Shown here piece by piece: positions 58,335-64,000 of a DNA stretch of 64,000 nt. The stretch comes from Macrostomum lignano (Eukaryota): the NCBI GenBank assembly GCA_002269645.1, contig NIVC01003338.1, forward strand, positions 39,449 through 103,448, read 5' to 3'. The translations under genes were made by a program, and so were the position numbers. The notes beneath the pieces were generated by a model that did not search any database, had not been told where the DNA came from, and worked only from the letters and a program-made list of their open reading frames with translations. The first letter of the stretch is position 1. Each line of letters opens with the position of its first letter.

Positions 58335-60102
58335 ATGGCCGCGTCAGCTTCGTTCACTCGGTTTGACGTTCAGAACATCATCAAGTTTGGAGTTTTGGCT
58401 GGAAATCGGCAACACGGGACAACCGGCTGAGTCCGGAGTCCTCTTGCCCGGGTGCCTTTCTCCCGACCCCTTGGCCTGGCCCCCAATAATGAGCTGGATA
58501 GGCGATGCCCTTGGGTTGGTAGCAATAGAGGCGTCGTAGGTCCGCCTAGAGTCTCCCCCTCGGATACAAGCCTTCCAGACTCACTCCAAAATAGAGCTGG
58601 GTAGTGAAAAGCCTTGAGGCTCGAGACCACCAGGGCGGCTTAAGCCGGCATACCAACCCTGCTAGGATCGCTCTTGGTAATTAGCTGCCCAGACTCGCTC
58701 CAATAGTTTAAGCCATTTCCGCAGGTTTAGGAGTAACTCCTCACTCGGACCGCTTTTTTCAGTAGTACCCCAAACATTTCGTTTTCCAATTTTTCTGCGC
58801 ACACCCAAAAGACTCGCTAGCTGGGGGGATGGTCTGGGTGGATTCGGTCCTAGCACCGTCCCTGATTCCACTGTTGGGTTGGCAGTGTCTTGTACCGTAG
58901 GCTTGAAGTCCCTCGCTCTTTCCCTAGCTTAAGCTGGGGCCCAACTAAATTGGTGACTCGGACTCCGAGCGGGTATCTCGGGTACAGTTTTATCTGTGCC
59001 CCTGGACAGTGCCCTCTTGCGGTAGAGCCCCTCCAAGGGCTGATCCGCGGGTAGCCCCGTAGCTTCCCACCCCCGTTTAACAACAAATCTGCAACTGCAA
59101 TTCGTGAAAAGCTTGGAGACGTTTTAAAAGAAGAAGCTCCATCAGTTCAGACAGTGCTCAAGTGGGTTCGTGATCGTGAGGTCCTGAGAGGGAGGCTGTG
59201 CATGGAAGAGCAAGAGCGCTGCGAAAGGCCGAGAACAGCTACCATCAACGCAAATGCCGAGCGTGTATCGCATCCTAACTGAGAACTTGGGCATGCAGAA
59301 GATCTTCGTCAAGTGGGTGCCCCACCTGCTGACAAAAAAGCAGATGGAGGAGCGGGTGAGGCTGTCCAGAGAGCAGCTTCGTCGATTTCATCGAGAAGGC
59401 AACGACTTCCTCAGCAGGATTGTGACAGGGGATGAGACTTGGATCTAAGAATGAGATCCTGAGCTGAAGCGCCAGTCAGCGCAGTGGCTTCCAAAGGGAT
59501 CAGCAAGCCCGGAGAAGGTGCAGCGCAAGCAGAGTTCAACGAAGGTGATGCACATCATCTTCTTCGACGTCCATGACATTCTGATGGACTGGCCTGTGCC
59601 AGTCGTTACCAAGGTGAATGCGGAATATTACAAATGGATTCTGCAAGAGAAACTGATCAGAAAGAAGCGACCTGGCTTGCTGGAGAGAGGCGTCATCTTC
59701 CATCACGACAATGCGCCTGTGCACCGCGCCAGAAGAGTGGAAGAGCTCCTAAAGTCCTGGGACTGGGAAGTTCTGTCTCAGCCGAGCTATTCGCCTGACT
59801 TGGCTCCGGCGGACTTCTACGTTTTCCCAATGATGAAGGAGATCGTCTTCGTGGTCAACGTTTTGCCTCGGTGGAGCAAATTAATAACAGTGTGCTTCAT
59901 CAGCTCTCCGGCATCTGGCCATTGGCGGTTGCAGCCCTGCCTTCGAGGCGTGGGTGCGCCGCTGGCAGAAGTGCGTTGACCTCGGCGGCAAATTTGTAGA
60001 GTAACTATGAGTTCATTTTGCAGTTGCAAAGTTTTGTTGATTGTGGATTAACTAGTTTGTCTTTTATAGTAATAGCGAAACTTACTTTTGGGATAGCCCT
60101 CG
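58335..60102 (+). pseudogene. decayed mariner (D,D34D) transposon with right TIR, interrupted by an insertion
   Basis: KWVPHLLT, IVTGDETWI, FHHDNAPVH and YSPDLAPADF motifs with stops and frameshifts. The N-terminus (ATG 58335, ..IIKFGVLAG) continues as KSATAIREKLG after 59085. Right end CTTTTGGGATAGCCCTCG|TA at 60102; left TIR not found. Confidence 0.85.
58408..59084. mobile_element. unclassified 677-bp insertion inside the mariner ORF
   Basis: Flanked by AAATC (58403-58407 and 59085-59089); ends in TTTAACAAC; no recognisable ORF. Confidence 0.6.
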
Positions 60103-60239
60103 TACTTAACTTAGTTTAAGTAGTCTCTGAGTTAAAGCTGAATTGCGATGTGTGTGGACGAAACAAGCCAAATTTTTTTCATCAACCACTAAACTGCTAC
60201 AGTGTATATGATCTTGGGTTATTTTACAACACAGAGAGG

Positions 60240-60564
60240 CAGTGGCGTAAGCCAGAAATTTCAATTGGGGGGGGGGGCGGGTTGGCTTGGCTGGCCATGC
60301 CTTATGCCATTGCCACTTTTGGCGCCGCAGACACTCATTTTGGCGCCGCAGGCACTCATTTTAGCGTCGCAGGCACTCATTTTGGCGCCGCAGGCACTCA
60401 TTTTGGCGCCGCAGGCACTCATTTTGGCGCCGCAGGAACTTATTTTGGCGCCGCAGACACTCATTTTGGCGCCGCAGGCACTCAATGGCCTCATGGTTTT
60501 TGGTACCCGCCGCGCCCAATCCAACCCCCCAGGCCCCCTCGCCCCCCCCCTGGCTACGCCACTG
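60240..60564. mobile_element. hAT-type MITE family B (325 bp) with an internal 21-bp tandem array
   Basis: TIR CAGTGGCGTA(A)GCCAG...CTGGCTACGCCACTG; 8-bp TSD CAGAGAGG; internal GGCACTCATTTTGGCGCCGCA repeats. Confidence 0.85.
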
Positions 60565-61478
60565 CAGAGAGGGTGGCGCAGTTGCAGATTAGGGCAGTAA
60601 GCAAATGGGCCCAATTACGACTGAGATTCATTAAGCAAATTGGTATATAAAATATGCTTTCATGCCTTCAATGTTTGAATTTTGAATTTGAACGCCCACC
60701 ATGGGGGGCTTAGTGTGCTATAAAACTTCAAACGATTAAAAATTAGATTTGGAATTGGCTCAAATATTTGAAAAACAATGTTTTTTAACGTTTTCAGTGT
60801 TTGAATTTTTAATTTGAATGGGGCTAAATGCGCTAGAGGCTCTTCATATTGCTTGTTCTAGTTCTAGAACCAGAACCAATTTGTAAAGTATAACTTTTTG
60901 TCTCCTTAACTAGAGGGATATACTTGCTATAAACTCTCTTAATTATTGAATGACAATCGCCAAGAAGAAAGTGAAAAATTGTGCTAAGTTAGGTTGTTAA
61001 GGCAGTCAAATATTAACAGAGTTTAATAGTTATACTGCTGTTTTTCTTGGAATTCCGAACCGATTCTGGTTCTGGAATTGGTAATATGAAAAGGCCCGGA
61101 GTCAGATCCTATTAGCTCAATTTTTAAAACTGAAATCTTGCGATTAAAACAAAGTTTCCAATGCGTTTCTTAAAAAAGCTAATAAAACTATAACACATTG
61201 AGTTTTAGGTTACAAAAATCTGTCTACTGAATCATTAAAACTCCTAGAGTTTAGCACGTCAGTGGATCTACTTTGTCTAAAATTGACAAGTTGCGCGAAT
61301 CAAAGTCTGCGCGTTGTTGTTACTTACTTGTTATACATGGGTTTCGAAATTCCCCTTTAAATTATTGACCGACATTGACTGTTTTCAACCTTCTGAGTTG
61401 GAGACTTCGTTTTGACAAATTATCGTACAGTCAAGTCCAATGACTACTGTGTTTTATTATTGATTGCTTTTGATTTTC

Positions 61479-62481
61479 ATGAGAGCGATGGAAGTCCAGG
61501 CTCAGCCGGTTACTGCTCTCCTATCCAATGGAAACGTTCAGATGTCATCTCAACCACTTGCCATGAGCTTACCTGAGCTTATTGCTGCTAACCCAACTGT
61601 CGCATCCCAGCTACCAGTGTCACAATCTCAAAGTCAGAATATAACTCTGACTCATGAGCAGCTAACGCAGCTTATTCAGCAAGCGATTTGCTTGCCCAAG
61701 GTGGATGGCTCAGCAGACAACCCAACTGTCACGATTACTCTCATCAATGTTGATCCAAACCAGCTGGGCGCTGGGCCTCTCCTGCTTGCTGCACCATCGC
61801 TGCCAATGCAGCAACAACCCGAGAATCTGATTGTCACGTCATCTGCTGCTACTCAGATTCCACAAGCAAGTTCAATCAATTCATCAGGAATTGCTCTACC
61901 AATTAACCTACCAGATAGCAGCATGCTGGATTCTTCAACAAGCTATAGAAGTGACTCCTATGCTTTGAGTGGCAGCCACATCAGCCCTACTTATGGTAGC
62001 ATTGGTGCAAACTACACTACAATAGGATCTTTGTCTTCCCTGCCAACTATTGCAACTACAACAGACAAGTTTTGTAATCCAACTATTGCTCATGCTTCAA
62101 GTGGTTATACCATTTCCCAGCAGCCTAATAATGCAAACTATGGACTTCAAGTGCAAGATATAAAGCCATTCACAAATCATAATCCCTTGTTGAATGGCTT
62201 AGAATTAAAGCAAGGAAGCTACAATGCAACTGCTAATGAATTTAATAAGTATAACCAAGTACTTGCTCCATTGAATCTGCAAGCAACATTGCCCATTGGC
62301 CAAACAATCCTGCAAACTCAAGGCCAAGGACAAACAACTTCTTTTATGCAACCAAATTCTTTTCAACCACAGCAGCAAGTTACTCAAAGTCAAACAAGTC
62401 AGATTTTGACTAATTCCTATTTTATCCAATCTGAGTCTTCTGCATCTGAGTTGAAGCCTAGTGTAAAAACAGAGTTTATTG
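61479..62481 (+). CDS. large Q/S/T/N-rich exon of an unidentified gene, possibly a transcription-factor activation region
   Basis: 347-codon open frame in AT-rich DNA that is not made of tandem repeats; ends in a strong donor ATTG|GTAAGT at 62481/62482; VKTE (psi-K-x-E) motif near the end. Confidence 0.6.
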
Positions 62482-62707
62482 GTAAGTTTTATATTCAATA
62501 TATTTAATACTTTAATAATACCAACAAGTATTTTTTGTATAAATATATTTTTATATATAATTTTTAGAACTTAAGACTAAGTGAACTATTGCTATTGGTT
62601 GTTAATAAGCCTATTTAATGATATAATTTAGCTTAATAGGCCCCCTATTATTATTGTTGTATTGATATCAAGTTATATATTAATAATACAGTAGTTATTA
62701 TTTGTTT

Positions 62708-63066
62708 TTTATTAGAGGCAGGGGGTTGTGTGCACCCTGGTGCACTTTAAGCAACATAGGCACAACCAGCGAGAGGCATTACTGCCCATTCCGCCGACTC
62801 CCCTGAGTAGGCATACAAGCGCGGATACATACGCAGGCACACACTCACACAGGAGTGTATAGGGGCCCTAACTTTAATTTATCGTTAGGCATGTACACTT
62901 CACTGCGCCTTGGGGGGTTGGCTTTCAAGGCCGTTAGGCGTTAATTGCATGAGCAGAGCCAAGCCAAGATTCCAATTCAGCCCCAAATAAATGTAACTGC
63001 ACTTGGAATCGAGCCTAGGTTGCTGGCATACCAGAGCCTGCGCTAGACCACTGGGCTACAGCCCCC
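62708..63066 (-). mobile_element. tRNA-derived SINE (about 360 bp)
   Basis: Head GGGGCTGTAGCCCAGTGG (A box) and GGCTCGATTCC (B-box-like); A-rich tail; 13-bp TSD TTATTATTTGTTT at 62695-62707 and 63068-63080. Confidence 0.72.
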
Positions 63067-63340
63067 ATTATTATTTGTTTAGTGACTAGACAAATAAGCA
63101 AAGTGGTTATTCTTTTAGTTATCAAACAAAGCTATTACCACTATTTTTTCAATTAATACTAGAATCTAGATAAATATACATGCCCAATACCCATCCAACA
63201 TATCTGAACTAAATGGGTGAAATAGCCACTAGCCAAGGCCTAAGTTGCAAAGTCAAAAATGTGAAAAATGAAAATTTGAGAAAAAAAAGGAGAGAAAAAA
63301 AATAAGAAGACAAAAAAGTCAAGATATATACTAGTATGAC

Positions 63341-63632
63341 CATAGATGCGCAACAGTTTGCCGAGTTGGCCGATCCGGCCGACCAATTTGGCGGCCAACC
63401 AAGGAAGTCACAAAAATGCCCACCAAAAAATACCAGTGCAGTTCTAAGTAGCTGACGAGGCATTTTGACCTAATAAGACAGTTATAGTTACTCCTGCCGT
63501 TTACCCAAAGTTGCGTTAATTTTGCGTTAGGGTTTTTTTACATGTAAGTCCCATTTTTGGCCAAAAACTATAGGCATTTTTGTTAAAACTAAGTCGCATA
63601 GCTGACCGAATTTTGGAGGCTGCGCATGTATG
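63341..63632 (-). mobile_element. hAT-type MITE family A, copy 4 (inverted)
   Basis: Reverse complement of the same body; TSD AGTATGAC/AGTATGAA (7/8). Confidence 0.85.
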
Positions 63633-64000
63633 AGTATGAAAATATAATAATCAAGTTTTGAATAAGATTAAGAATCTTTAAAGTCTTGAAAATGCATTGT
63701 AAAAATTGAAATAATTAGTGTTATCAATTTAAATAGACAAATAACAAAATGCCTGTTTCTAGTATTAACTAAACAAATAGTGAACTATGGCTATTTATCT
63801 AATAACCAAATGAACAACCATATCATTATTTGTTCAGTCACTAGACAAATAACAACTGCCTATTATTAATACAAGATTTATTTTATTTTTAAATATTGAT
63901 TCTACTTTATTTTCATGGTTAGAAATTTGATTCCCAATCCCACTAGAACTATTTGCGTCTTTAGGCAAAACATTTAACTTTATATTGTATTGCTTCAGTT

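Noticed and set aside
60838-61097. PIF/Harbinger-like MITE suggested by short inverted ends (GGCTCTTCATATT / AATATGAAAAGGCC)
   Set aside because: Imperfect match, no convincing TSD, and only one copy in the window.

Overview
Eukaryotic, intron-containing and repeat-dense animal DNA. It resembles the flatworm Macrostomum, but that is inferred from composition and repeat style and was not verified. Three conserved genes can be rebuilt exon by exon. (1) A TBL1X/TBL1XR1/ebi-type LisH-WD40 corepressor on the minus strand: 6 exons, 349-3390, running off the left edge. (2) A complete 3-exon PPM1A/B-type PP2C phosphatase, 16189-20602, about 373 aa. (3) A muscleblind/MBNL CCCH RNA-binding gene with 5 recoverable exons, 25097-45375. 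There is also an intronless secreted PAN-mucin-LamG-like ORF (54039-55409) and a large low-complexity Q/S/T-rich exon of an unidentified gene (about 61479-62481). Mobile DNA: a piggyBac with TTAA TSDs and a single nonsense codon; a full-length LOA-clade LINE with a 12-bp TSD in mbl intron 1; a decayed mariner split by a 677-bp insertion; a mariner-type foldback MITE; two hAT-type MITE families with 8-bp TSDs; and a tRNA-derived SINE. Close to 30 unrelated mini/microsatellite arrays fill the introns and GC-rich spacers. The most unusual signal is that tandem repeats have amplified splice sites in mbl: nine copies of one exon end plus donor, five of them forming potential 21-nt micro-exons, and three copies of another donor. 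No CRISPR or other prokaryotic system is present.
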